Assembly: GCA_018398765.1 (NCBI GenBank)
Contig: JAHBMJ010000330.1
Location: 1-49,511, forward strand
Source of the DNA: Chromera velia
Lineage: Eukaryota
DNA: 49,511 nt
Reading direction: 5' to 3'
Shown here: piece by piece, positions 24,428 through 37,984 of the stretch
Numbering within the stretch: the stretch's first letter is position 1
How the letters are laid out: each line of letters begins with the position of its first letter
Translations under genes and position numbers: made by a program
Notes under the pieces: generated by a model
What the model was told of the DNA's origin: nothing
The model's input: the letters and a program-made list of their open reading frames with translations, nothing else
The model's database searches: none

Positions 24428-25112
24428 TGCGGATCAGAATTGTTTCAAGAGAGTTGCCAGAGGCACCTTTGACGGTGAAAGCTGGCAAGCGGTGTCCCTT
24501 ATTATTAAATTGAGACAGCCGACAAGATACCGTCTCTTTGTCCGGCTCACGGCGCACGATGCTGCAGCATAGATCAGTCTTTTCCAGACGTATATGCGCG
24601 TAATCAGATCACTTGTGAGGAGACAGGTTGAGACAGGCGCCACACGTACGTTGCATACGATTCATTGAACATGCAAACAATTATGTCGATAATTAAGGAA
24701 TATTATATTGCATGATGCGTAGAAAGAGACGTACGTAACATTATTTTGCTCCGGCAAACTTTCGCGCGCGAACTTTCGCGCGCTTTGCGCGCGCTCACAT
24801 ATTAATACAAACTTTTTGTGACCGGCTCGCGCGATCTCGCGCGTGCGTGACGGTTCATGCAGTCACCGTATGTCACCGTTCAGCTATTAATATAGCTCTC
24901 GTCAGAACAATCAAGGGAACAAACAATTAAAGCGTGTTAGTGGGGGTAGGACCATCAAGGCTTCACAGAAACTATTGGTAAGTACCTGTGGTACGAAGCA
25001 CGGTCCACGGTGGAACGGTGTAGAACGGTGGATATTGGTGTCGTGTGGGGAGGTTCTCAGACGAGGTTTTGGGCTGATCATCCGCAATTTCCTTGTGCAC
25101 GTTTGTTTTGTC
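24428..25112. promoter_or_regulatory. Putative bidirectional promoter (EGF-GAIN gene / ankyrin gene)
   Basis: Between divergent ATGs. TATTAATA at 24800-24807 and 24885-24892; direct repeat AACTTTCGCGCGC at 24757 and 24771; GTCACCGT twice near 24862-24880. Confidence 0.6.
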
Positions 25113-27207
25113 ATGAAGGAGACGGCATTCTTTCTTGCTTTAGGTTTGGTGTGTCTTCTTTGTGTGGGGGGGGAAGGAGACGGTGGTGTTTCTTCCCTCC
25201 CATCGTTTGTGGAACTACCTGCGCTCGGTCAGCATCTGTAGGTCTGGAGTGCTGCTGGACTGTGTGCGACTGTGTGTTGATTGTCGGAGCTTTCCTTTAC
25301 GTTCGACCTGTGCACCCCTCTCCTGCAGACTCAGAACTCGCTGAAACTGAAGAAGTTCGAGGGGCTCATGAGGACCAGAAGGTTGTAGAGCCTAGCAGAG
25401 AAAGGGTGAGTGTTAGCAAAGGACAACAAGAGCAGCGCCATGGTCACAATTTTGTTGCAGGTGTAGATATGTGGTTCATGTATACACGCATCTTCCCATT
25501 CGCTGCTTCCTTTTTCTTTACCTCTGCCGCCAGCTCGAAAGAGGATTGTCTTCCTATTCAGCACAAATGCACCTCTGTTGAAGTCCTTGCAACTTGGGAA
25601 CCGCACACACACCCTCTGCAATTTGCAGCTCCAGACTCCCCTCCGCTCTCTTCAAGACGCAGCAGAGGGAGGGGGCGGGGGAGCTGTTGATATCCCTCCT
25701 GCCCCCACTCTCGACCAGCAGCTTGTGTACGCTGTCTACTTTAGGGATAGAGGACAGGTGGGTCAATCAGCTGGTGGGTTGGGGTGACAGGGCAGGGAGA
25801 TGGGTGCTTCGGGCAGATTAGCCTTAGATTCTTTTGCTCGGACCGTTCTATCCATCGGTCCATCAATTCGAGTTCAGCTGCTGGCAAGGTTTCTTATCCT
25901 TGTAGAGGAGAGGACTTCCTTTATCCTGCTTCTTGGGCCTGCATGACTTCAAAGGGGGAAAGGAAAGGGGGGGTCTCAGGTATTAAGCGAAATGAAATTG
26001 TACGTTTGGTTTTGTGGAGGGGGTGAAATTCCTGAAGGACGCAATGCTCTTCTTGTCCTTTCGGAGCAACGTGATTCCGGCATGATCAGGCTACTCCTGC
26101 AGCTGTCGAGCTTCGTGTTGCGTGTCATTGGTTCTTCTCAGTTTCAAGTTGTTCTGTTTGTGTATGCATGCAGGCTACGAACTTGCTTGAGAGAGGAGCC
26201 AACGCATCGGTACTGATCTCGGGATCAGACAGTCCCTCTGTCCTCATGCTGGCTGTACAACAGAGAGACTGCGAGTGGGTCTTTTGACTTTCTTTCAATC
26301 TGAACATCTATTCGTGTCAGCAGCTCTCTGTGGGATTTTGACACCTGTCTTTGCTTTGTGTCAAGACTTGCTTGTCTGATTGTTTGTCTCTCTCTCTCTC
26401 TCTATTGCTCTCTCGTGTTTTGCTTTGCTCTACTCACTGAGTAACAGACTGACTAAGTGACTGTCTGCATGGGTGCATTCATCTCTGCAGTATGGCTGAC
26501 GTCCTTGTCCGACACAACGCCTCTGTCGACCATCTGGCGGCCGTCCAGGGCGTTCTTGCTGGTCGTCCCATCTCTGCGCTGATTATTTCTGCGTTGTTGG
26601 ACGACAGAGGATGTGCTGAGGTGCTTCTGAGAGGAGGTGCGGACCCCTCGTTCTTCTCAGAGGCGGCCGGATGGCCCCCCGTTGCTGTTGCCGCCTTCCA
26701 GACCCACGGGAGGTGCGATGTCCTGGAGGCTCTACTTGAGCATGGGGCAGACCCCTCACAGACCACATCGCTGGGTCAACAGTCCATGAGCACAGAGCTC
26801 TCAGCCATACACATCGCAACTACTCAAAATACGACCGCGTGTGTCAAAGTACTTTTGGACGCAGGCGTGGACCCCGATTTGAGAGTAGTGCGTCCGGCTG
26901 GGGCAGGTGCGATGTCTTACGGAGAGGATGAGACTCCTCTGTTGATTGCAGGACTACACAACAGACCTGAGGTCGCCAGGATACTTCTGGAGTGAGTAGT
27001 CAGGCTCCAGTGTTTTTTTTTTCTTTTTAAATGAAAGTAAAAGGATACTTCTGGAGTGAGCAGTTAGGCTCGAGCAGAGCAGTGAAATGTTCGTGGGGCT
27101 TTCTTCCGTCCGGTGCTCTGCAATGTTTGCCTTTTCTTGCGACGGCACGTTGGGCTTCGTTTTTTCTTCCTTTGCGCTCCTTCTTTCTCTCTCGCCCTCT
27201 CAAACTC

Positions 27208-27250
<43 letters not shown>

Positions 27251-27936
27251 TGGGGGTGTGCTTCCCTCCCTATCCTGCTTCAGGGCAGGTGCAGACGTGA
27301 ACCAAACGAGTTCACGAGGGCGGAGTGCCGTAATGATGGCGGCAATGACTCTGAATTTTCCGATGATGGAAATTCTGATCGAGTTCGGTGCAGATCTGAA
27401 CGCCCAGGAGACGATGATGGGTTGGTTGGTACATGGGGGGGGATCTGTATGGAAGAAAATGGAGGGCTCAAAAGGGTGTGTGTGCAAGAGCGAGAAACGG
27501 AACTGCATCTTCTCCTCCCGCTGTCTGTTTCTCTGAGCGCTCTTTTCTTTCTCGAGCGGGGGGGGATGCCTGAAGGTTTTCCGGTCAGAAAGCTGCAGAG
27601 CGTCTTGCTTTCCTCACCCTCATGGAACTCCCCGCCCCCGTGCTTGCACGCAGGCTCGACCCCTCTTCACTTTGCTGCCAACGTGAGAGGGTCAGGGGAG
27701 ATGATCCGGATGCTCCTCAACGCAGGCGCTGACCCTCTGATCAGGAGTCGCACGGGGTTCTCGGCCCTCCACTCCGTCACGGTGCCTCACCACGTCACAG
27801 GGAGGCCACAATGCCAGGTGTGTGTGTTTGTCTCTGTGTGTGTGTGTGTGTGTGTATGTGTGTGTGTGTGTGTGTGTCTGTCTGTCTGTGTGTAAAAAAG
27901 AAGGGGGAGGAAGAAACATACAGCCTGTCTGTGTGC

Positions 27937-27972
<36 letters not shown>

Positions 27973-28006
27973 GTCTGTCTGTGTGTCTGTGTGTTTGTGT
28001 GTCTGT

Positions 28007-28055
<49 letters not shown>

Positions 28056-28096
28056 TGTGTGTGTGTGTGTCTGTGTGTGTGTGTGTGTGTGTCTGT

Positions 28097-28149
<53 letters not shown>

Positions 28150-28156
28150 TGTCTGT

Positions 28157-28221
<65 letters not shown>

Positions 28222-28236
28222 TGTGTGTGTGTGTGT

Positions 28237-28314
<78 letters not shown>

Positions 28315-28380
28315 GTCTGTCTGTGTGTCTGTGTGTTTGTGTGTCTGTGTGTCTGTGTGTGTGAGAGAGAGAGAGTGTGT

Positions 28381-28450
<70 letters not shown>

Positions 28451-28516
28451 GTCTGTCTGTGTGTCTGTGTGTTTGTGTGTCTGTGTGTCTGTGTGTGTGA
28501 GAGAGAGAGAGTGTGT

Positions 28517-28556
<40 letters not shown>

Positions 28557-31500
28557 ATTTGATGCAGATAAATGGAGTTTGAAAACAATTTGAAGTAATA
28601 GATTTTGGTTCTCTTTCATTCAAGTTATTTGATATTCGTGTGATCAAATAGACGCTCGCATGTCTGTATGGACTCCCACTTTTGAAGGTTCGGCATGTAA
28701 GGTGGATTCCACACTACCCACTGGATGGGAGAGGTGGTGTGTGTGTCCTCTCAGTTTCTTGCTGCTTTGCCCTCTTCTTTCCGTCCATCATAAGCATTGC
28801 GGACGTCGTTGCAACAACAAAAAAGTGATCGAAGGACCATGATAGGGAGACGCATCGCTTTCCTTCCACCCCCCTCTTTTCCTCCGCCGTGTGTGCAGCC
28901 GGAGATCATCACAATTCTTGTGGAGGAGGCGGGGGTTCCTGTCGACCTCCCCGTCTCCGATCCTTCGATGCCGCTGCCGTCGAACAACCCGGCAGGAGGT
29001 GCGGCAGGGGGTCTCTCCCAGTCAGTTGTGTCTCCATCCGTTAGTCCGTCCGTCTGTCTGTCTGTCTGTCTGTCTCTTCTGTCTGTCTGTCTGTCTGTCT
29101 CTGTGTCTGTCTTTCTAAAGACGCGGATGCAGCACTCAGCTTCTGTAGCGGCTCGATGTCATAGTTCGAATCAGTTTGCGCTCGGTCTGGGACCTAAATT
29201 GCGTGAACGAAGTACAAGCATCGTGTGTGCGCCCCTCCCTGTCTGTGACTCTCCACCTACGTCAACGGCCTCTTCCACAATGGGTTCCTTTCCGCGACTG
29301 TTTTTTTGAGGCGGGTGTTCGAATAAACACATAGATCGCCTGCAGGGGCATGATATTGCTTTCAGTGTGCATCGATCATTTCATCAATGCCTGACTGCAT
29401 TTTTGCAGCAACATTTTCTCGCAGATCGGCTTCACGACCCTCCAGCTTGCCAGCTTTTGGGGGAGTCTGGGGTGCATCGAGGAGTTGCTCCGTTTGGGCG
29501 CTGATCCGAATGCCGGTTCCGAAAAAGTCTGTCTAGTTTGTGTGTCTATCGATATAAGTCTTGGTCTCCTCTTCATCAATGGGGAGGGCGTGGGTGAGAG
29601 CCAGACTACTGCAGCTGAATTCATGTAAGTATCCTCTTTGTGTATGCATGAGAATGCATGTCTGTCTGTCTGCCTGGATGCATGCAGGGTAACACAACTC
29701 CTCTTTTGATGCTGAGTGCGAGCATTTACGATCGGTCGGACTGCGGTGAGTGCGTGAGGGCCCTCGCAGGTGCCGGTGCGGACGTAAACGCGCAGACAGC
29801 AGGTGGAGAAGAGCAGCACACTCCGTTGATTGCCGCCGCGAGAAGGAAAAAGACGGAAATTGTTAGGGGCCTCCTGGAAGCAGAAGCAGACCCGTACATC
29901 AGGTAAGTGGATGGTCCGGCAGTTTGATTGGCGGGGCCACTTTTGTTTACCCAAGCGGGCAGCTTTTTTACTCTCTCGCGTGGCTTCTGCGTTTCAGAAG
30001 TTGTTTTGCTTGTTCTCCTCCACCTCGAATGAAAAGACGCTCTCCTGCGTCTTTCCAATTTGTTGGTCAGCATTTCTAATTAAGACATTCTGCACAATGC
30101 CAACAAGGTATGTGCTTTCAGGTGCGAGCGCAACTACACGGCCCTTCACCATGCTGCTCGAAGAGGGGCGCCTGGGGCTGTAGAGGTACTCCTTGACTTT
30201 GGGGTGAGTGGGAGAGGGGAGGGGAGGGAGGGTCGGCCAGCTGAGGGCCGGGAGGTGATCGAGTCTGTCTGTGAGAGGACAGTCGGGGGGGCAGGTCTGT
30301 CGGGTGTGGAGGGAGGGACACAGAGACTTTGGAGGTGGAGATCTATGCCGACACTAAATTCTCAGATAGTCTCGGATTTATACTCACACTTGACCCATGA
30401 GTCATTCTCTTTCTTTCTCCCTCTCTTTCTCCTTCTCTCTCTCTCTCTCTCTCCCTCTCTTTCTCTCTCTCTCTCTCTCTCTCAAGCAGGTTGACGTCTC
30501 TGTGCGAGGAGGGCGACGCAGCAGGAGAGGGAATACCCCATTGATGCGGGCAGCAAGAGGGAACGACCCTGAGGTTCAGAGGGAGGTGTTCCGGCTTCTG
30601 TTGGGAAATGGGGCAGACCCCCTTGCAGTGGACGAAATGGGGAGGACGGCGTTCTGGCACGCCTGCGATGAGAGCGAGGAAAGCACAACTCCTCAGAGCG
30701 TCATACTGTCACTCTTTCAAGAGTCAGTCACTGAGATCAGTGTAATCATGTGAGAAGAGAAAAAAAAGAAAAGAGGATCATAATTTTTGTATTTGAAGTA
30801 CGCACGGAAGTTTTTGCATTTTCTACATTCAGTCAATCGAATCAGCAACGTGTCGCTTTCCAGGGTGATCACCACAGCTGCCATGGCATTCGGTTACTCC
30901 AGACTTTTTGAGTCTCTCGATCTTTCGTTCCATTTCGCAAGCTCCATGCGTTTCTCAGACTTGTCTCTCAATCCCTCTCTTTGTGCCTGTCTATGTCTAT
31001 TTGTTTGTTTGTGTATCCGTGTTTACAGAATGAACGAGAAGATGCCCTTGTCGGTGATGGCCTCATTTGCCCAGGCAGACAAAGAAGGGGAGACTCCGTT
31101 GACTGTCAGCGTGAGGAGAGGAAACCAGGGGACAGTGTCTTTGATCCTAGTGAGAGGGGTCCACCCAGACTCTCCGGGACCTCTCGGGGAGACGCCGCTG
31201 ATGATCGCGGCCCGATTTGGGTTTCTCACCATTGCAGAGGTAGGCAGCTAGGAGGCCGGGGGGCGGTGGGGGGTGCATGGGTGTCTTTTGTTTCTGGCCT
31301 CACCAGATTCCCCCCGCCGTCGTTCGGCTTGTTCTGGCTTTTCTCTCTTCTCCATACATGCATGCATCCATGCAATCGTCATTCGGTTTCAGAAGCACGT
31401 GCATGTGCTTGATATTGATCTGTCTCCTCCGAGATTCCTTTCTCTTCTCTCTTTGCTTCTGCTGCCCACCCACTGACTGACTGACTGACTGATCGAGAGA

Positions 31501-32502
31501 GACCTGCCTGCGCGTGAGTGAGTGAGTGAGTGAGTGAGTGAGTGCAGACCCTGCTGACTCAGAAGGCAGACTCTTCGCTGAGGGGGGGGGAGTGGAACCA
31601 GACGGCACTCATGGTCGCAGTCGATTTGGGCAATGTCGCGATGGTGCGACTGATCAACAGGTGCGTGGGAGGGACTATTATGATAGATAGAATTGGGACT
31701 GCATGGCAGGTTCTTCGTTTTGTTTTTGCGTTGGCATTTACTCATTGATCCCGTGAAATTGTGCGTTGGCTCGGGATCTTCAAGGGAGAAGCTGCATAGC
31801 CAAGGGGTCCTGTCCTCATCAGATGTGCGGATGGAGAGGGGCTCTTACCTTTCTCTGACCCAAATTAATGCACAGTGCAAAGCGCACAGGAACCTCTGAA
31901 TTCATCCCCCTCTCCGTCCCTCATTTCCTTCCTTGTTGTGATGTGTACACTGAACTGACCCTATGAATGTAGATGGTCCTCTGGTGAAATCGATGTTGGG
32001 GAACACAGAACGGGGGAGGGGCAGAGTCTCCTCCTCCAGGCTGTCTGGTCGAATTCCTTTGAGACCACTCTACTCGTGTGTGAGATGACACCAGAGGCGC
32101 ACGCCCACCTGCGAAATGGGGGACACGAGTGGACCCACGCAGAAGAATTAGTCGAGTACGCCCAGAGATACAGGCGGCTGGCGGCTGTGGCTGGCTTGCT
32201 TACGTGCGTTGAGGACAGGGGGGCCTCTCAGAAGCTCGACGTTCCCTCCTTGCAACTGTTGGCGGCTGCACAGGGTGACCTGCCGGCGTTTTTTCTTCTC
32301 TCCTGTCGATGGCAGCGGGCTGAAAGGGAAGAGAGCGGGGAGAGCGAAATGTACATCAGCCAACTTGTGACGAGACTTCAGGTCCGTTGTCTCTTTGATT
32401 TTCTTCTGTCGTCTGTTTTGTTGCCTCTACCAGCGGGGCCACATTCTTCGTCTTTCATCGTGTTCTACTTCAATCCAATTTCATAAACTCTCTCTCTTTC
32501 TC

Positions 32503-32543
<41 letters not shown>

Positions 32544-35500
32544 GCGCACGCTCGAGCATGCGCTTTTCACACATCCATGTGCGAACAAAGATAAAGGGAG
32601 AGGGAAACGCACACAAGTACGGATACAAAACCAGAATTAATTCTGTTCATAATGTTGTTGCAGGGCCCACAGGAAGATGGCGTCCCCTCTGGAGAAGCAA
32701 ACGAGCGGGGGGAGCCTGCGGATTCCTTTCCTTCTTGCTGGACTCCGGAAGCTGCCAGCGTAGAGAGCTTGCAAGAGCAGTTGAGCAACGTGCAGGGAAG
32801 AGCACGGGGATTCCGAAGGGGAAACGAGACAGCTGTTCTCAGGAGCTCGCAGGGGAGGGGGGGGAGAGATGCGTTTTCAGATGTGTCCAGGATGCTTCTT
32901 CCCACTCGCGATGCAGACGGTCACAACATAGTTCATGTTCTTGCAGATGGGAGAGACGCGGTGGCGGCAGCACGGCTGCTTCGGTTCATTGTGAGCGCAG
33001 AGAGGGAGGTCTCACAAGGGGAGGCGCCCCTTTCCGTTGCTGCATTGTCAGCACAGAGCTCAACAGACCGCAAAGACAGACCTCTGCACATTGCAGCTCG
33101 GGGCGGTCTGACAGCGTTCATCTCGACAGCAGTCGAAGTAGTCCGTCGCTTCTCCCGTTCCCCTCTTGGAGGGGGAAGAGACAGCCTGCCCGTGAGGTTG
33201 TCTGGACGCATTCCGTCGGACAGCCGGGCTTCCTCTGCCTCTGCATTGCTCGTAGACGCGTCGAACGGAGATGGAAGGACTCCTCTCCTTGAAGCTGCAG
33301 CAGGCGGACATGAGGAGACGGTCTCTGCTCTTTTGGGGATGGGTGCTGACGCGTCTCTGCAAACAGGAGGTGGGTCTTGATTCACTCAAGCAAAATCCGA
33401 TTCGGTTGTACTTTTTGAGAGCAAAGCTGTGCTACAGCTCAGGTGACTACTACCCTCTGATCAAGAAATTGGATCCTGCCGTTCTTTCATTCATTCATTC
33501 ATTGTTATTGAAGGGCCCGTTGATTCTTTTTCTTCTTCACTGTTGGCTCCTTTTTGTTTGTGTGCACCTGCAACAGGTGGTGAGACTGCTCTGCACCTTG
33601 CGACGAGGGGTGGGCACGTCTCCGTGGTCACCCGGCTCTTGACAGCAAGTCAGGGTGTGGGGGTTGAGGCCGAGGCGGAGAGGGGTCAGGCTGATTCCAC
33701 TGATTCAGAAGGGCGTGATGGGCCCGGGGGTGTGAACATTTTGGATTTTTCGGGAGGATCTGCCCTGCATATTGCGGCGGCTGTGGGTCGTGTGGACCTC
33801 CTGGACGTCATTTTGAGGAATGGGGCCGACCCTAGCTCTGTCCGTGATGACGGAGCGACCCCTCTGCTTCTGTCGGCACGTGCGGGGTCTTTGGTTGCAG
33901 TGTCGCGGCTGCTTGAAGAGGGTGCGCGTGGTGTGGCAGCAGCTGTTTTGGACGACAGCGTCGCTTTCTCTTCAATTGAGAGATTATACGGGGGGGGAAG
34001 GCGGGCAGATGAGGGAAAAGGGGGGATGAGAGTTTTGAGGAGGGTACTGGGTTCTGATGTTGGAGGGACAGGCGTGGGTTTGGATAGGCAAGTGGCGGCA
34101 GTTGTCCGAAATCTTGTTGAGATGGTCCCTGTCGGAAGTCGGGGGGAGGAGGTGAACCTCCGTCTACAGGGGAGGGATCACCCTCTTGTGTTGACATCCT
34201 CGAGGGGCATGAGTGAGAGCACAAGGTTCCTTCTGGAGAGAGGGGCTGACATCGAGGGGAGGGGCCCGGAACTTTTGGCAGGGCGGAGACGGAGGGGAGC
34301 ACACAGAGGGATGGAAAGTGAGGGAATCAATAGGAGAGTTGGATTTGAGTCTGTCTCTAGGTTCTCCGTCTCTTCTCCCTCAAGCATTTCTCCGCTGCTT
34401 GCTGCGACTGCGAATGGTCACAGCAACCTTTCTCTTATGCTCCTACAACAAGGTGCAGACCCACAAAAAACCGCCAGGCTCTCGTGTGCTTCTGCAAGTA
34501 GTGAGAGCAATAATTCGGGAAGAGGGCCTCCTTCGACTCCGAGTAGTAAGTCCTCTGTTGCTTCTGATGGCGTTACAGCTCTGCACTGTGCTGCAGCTGG
34601 AGACCAACCGGAGCTCCTGAGGGCTCTTCTCAAGAGGGGTGCAGACCCGAACGCCAGAGACGGCATGGGGAGGACCCCTCTCATGATGGCAGCTTGGGGG
34701 GGCGCAGTGGGGGCTGCACGAACTCTGGTCGAGGAGGCAAGGGACGGTCTCGAGATCAATGCGGTCGATCTCAGTCGGCCCCCGATGCATGCATTGGATT
34801 ATGCTGTGAGGGCGAAGGAAGATGGGGTGGCGGGAGCGGTTGAAATGGAAGAATTCCTTTTGGGACCTGATGTGAATGATCCTGACTGGGATGAGTGCAG
34901 AAGTGTTGGTCCTGGGTTCTCCTCCCAACGGAATGAAACAGAAGGAGAGGAAAAAGGAAGAGAGGGAGGGGGACTCCGGTGTGAGGGTGAGACAGAGTGT
35001 CGAGACGCCGTGCTGGGCACATGGAATTTGTTCAGCGCTTCCTGTGTAGGTCTTGCCACACAGAGTTTCTCTGACGTTCTGATGGGGGGAGTGAAAGATG
35101 CCGCAAGTAACTGGCTTCTCTGGGCGCAATTGGGTCTCTTGGGTTTTCTCGGTCTTTCTGGTTCCCTTGTTCTTTTTGTTCTCCCGAGAACGTGCGTGAA
35201 GAAGTGGAAGGATCTCGACCCTCCGATGAGACCAATGGCCGTCTTCGGCGCGATTGCACAGGTGGGCGGCGCATTTCTTTCTGTGTCGTTGGCTCTTCGT
35301 ATTCTCGCAAGCAAGTCTGTATGTTGAATCTCTTCTCTCGCATGGTTTCTTTTGCAGACTTACCAGCAGCAAATGATACTGCAGAGGGAATTTACCATAC
35401 TGACTTTTTACTCACTCTGAACCTCGTTCTGTGTGTCTGTCTGTCTGTTTGTGCAGGTGAATAACCTCTGGGGTGACGCTGTCTTCATTGCCACCCTCTT

Positions 35501-37769
35501 TCTTCTTCTGCAAGGTATCGACCCCCCCCAGTCTGCCCCTTCTGCGTCAGATGAGGAGGGGGGGGGGTTATCCCCGACCGCCCTCATCGTGCTTCTCTCG
35601 TTGACTTTGGTCCACCTTGGGATCTCGTGGGCATTCAACGTGTCGCTGTGTCGGAAGCTGCTTTCCTCTGTCCTGAAGAAACAGAGGAGGTGGTGGAGGA
35701 AGGCGAAGGAGGAGAAGTCGACGTCTATCATTCTTCTTCTGTCTGTGTTTTCTCTGAAGTTCTCGGGGCTTTTTGCCTCCAACCTCTGCGGTCTTCCGGG
35801 TCTGTCCCTTCGAATTTTGAGACACCCAGACGACTCCGAGGGCGAAGAAGAGGAGGCGGAAGAGGAGGGAGCGGAAAAGGTGGACCAGAAGGAAGAAAAG
35901 GAAGGAGAGGAAGACCGTGACAAAGAAACAGAAAAAGAGGGGGAAAGGGAATCAGAGAGGGGGGTTGCCGTCGAGAAAAATGATCTGGACCAAAATTCTG
36001 AAGAGTGTCAAGATTTGAGAGAGATAAGAGAGATGAGATCGAATGGTGGCAGTCTTGCTCCTTCAAGCTCAGAGAGAAATATTGAAGAAGGAGGCGCAGT
36101 AGAAGGAGACAGAGTGCCTGGTGCAGAGGGGGTAGAGAAGGAGAAAGGGTGTAAAGGGGAAAGGCAGTGCTCAGAGACTGACGAAGTTCCAGAAAAAGGG
36201 GAGGCGGAGGGCGTTGAACATGCAAGTGAAAAACAGTCTTCAGCTTCAAGCAAAAAAAGAAAGTATCTCTCTCAAGAGGAGACTGAGCGAGTTCTCTTCC
36301 GTTTTGTGTCGCCTTCAAGTTTGTTTGAAGATGCGCCTCAGTTAGGCCTTCGGACTGCCTTCTTTCTCTCTGGCGGTCCACTCACCCTTTCTCTGATTGT
36401 CTCCACTGCCTTTGCAGTACTTTCTCTCGTCCTCCTAGCGCTTGAGTACGCTCTGAGTCGGGGTGACAATGCGGACACACAGAGGGGAGTGGAGGGAGAG
36501 GGGGAGGGAGTGGAGAATGGAGCGTCGGTGGCGGTTGAAAAAGGCAAAAGTTGCGTAGAGAAAGAGAAAGAGAAAGAGGAAGACTTGGCGGATGTGCGAA
36601 AGGCGCTTGACGGTCTTGAGGCTCTTCTCTCTTCTCGTTCCTCCCTCATCGCTCTCCTTGCAGCAGCCGCTGTTTCCGTTCCTTCCTCTTCCTCGTCTGC
36701 CTCTTTCATGAACAACTGGAAGTTGGGGACTAAACGAAGAGAAAAGTGCAAAAACGATGAAGAAGAGACGGCCCGGGGGGAAGCGGAGCACATGGAAGCT
36801 GGGGAGTCGCTGAGAATTTCTCCAGCGTTGAAGGAAAAAAGCAAAGAAAGAGAAATGTCCCGACCCCGACAGAGAGTCATCTTGTCAGGAAGTCACTCTC
36901 GAAGTTCATCAACTGATGCGTCGAACAAAGACTTCATCCTCCACAGACTCCCCTATCTGCAAGGCCACGACGAGGCACTCACACTCGCGCTGCTACAGCG
37001 GCAACTTCAAGGAGAGGCCGTCACTGAAGATGAAGGAGAGACAGAACGCCTGATTGAAGAAGGGCGCATGTTGATGGAGATAGTTGGAGAGTCGGTCTCG
37101 ATTCTTAGAAGACGTCTGTCTCTCTCTGGCTCTCTATCCCTGTCAATGTCCATGTCCTCCCCCCCCGACAGAGAATCCGAGGAGGATCAGGAGACGAAGT
37201 TTAACAGTCACAGCTGCAGTCGCCTTTCGGCTGTCCCTCTCGCCGCCGCCTCTTTCTCTGAAGGTATCGCTGTGGTGCCTTCGATCCCCCCCCATTCTAA
37301 CGATGCCCCTTCAAGTGCTCCTGCTGTTCCTGCCCCAAAGGAAGGCGCAGCAGGAGTTTGTCTTTCCCCCCTGCCTTGTCCGCCTCTGTCATTTCCGTCC
37401 GGAGGACACGCTGCCCCTTGTGAAACAGCAACCACAGAAACAGCAGGAAGAGGAGTAGAAGACAGGATGGACAAACTCTCCCGGAACAAGAGAGGACTTT
37501 CAAGTTTGGAGAGTCGAGAAACGGAAGACCGAAAAGGACTTTCAAGTTTGGAGAGTCGAGAAACGGAAGACCGAAGAGGGCTTTCAAGTTTGGAGAGTCG
37601 AGAAACGGAAGACCGAAAAGGAAGTGGGTCGAAGCAGAAGCAGAGGGAGTCATCGATTGCAGAGAATACGGAGGAAACTTTGAACTCGGTGGTGAACGCT
37701 CTCAGAGCCGAGTTGGCCGAAGAGCAACAAGGGCCACATCCCAGTCGGGATTCAAAAGCGGGCCGGTGA
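25113..37769 (+). CDS. Large multi-exon ankyrin-repeat protein (roughly 20 repeats) with an N-terminal hydrophobic leader, a C-terminal multi-pass TM region and a disordered tail
   Basis: Many canonical ANK motifs across exons ([75 protein letters not shown]; LLxxGADP/GADVN). TM segments lie at ~35110-35190, ~35460-35780 and ~36340-36460. The final exon 35457-37769 is open. Confidence 0.85.
27818..28554. repeat. Long compound (GT)n/(GTCT) intronic microsatellite with higher-order block duplication
   Basis: The block GTGCGTGTGTCTGTCTGTGTGTCTGTGTGTTTGTGTGTCTG recurs near 27965, 28307 and 28443. Confidence 0.9.
37494..37619 (+). repeat. 42-bp in-frame coding tandem repeat x3 ([15 protein letters not shown])
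   Basis: Visible in DNA and in the 35433-37769 translation. Confidence 0.95.
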
Positions 37770-37984
37770 TGAAAGGCCGACGGATGGAGCTCAGGGTGAC
37801 TGAGGTAGCGGGTGCATGGAGCACTTATGAGTGAGAGAAAAGGGATACTGGAGGGGATGGTATGGAAGGAATTGTCTGAGCCTTCTGGAGTGTGGGTGAG
37901 TGCGAGTATGAGTAAATGAGTTAAGTGTGTGGGTTAGTGAGTGAGTGAGTCAGTGAGTGAATACCGCAATCAGAGAGTGCACAT

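Noticed and set aside
27692..28647. Long HT/CV-repeat ORFs (also near 3400-4450, 10300, 20400, 41150 and 49400)
   Set aside because: Translations of intronic (CA)n/(GT)n and purine microsatellites.
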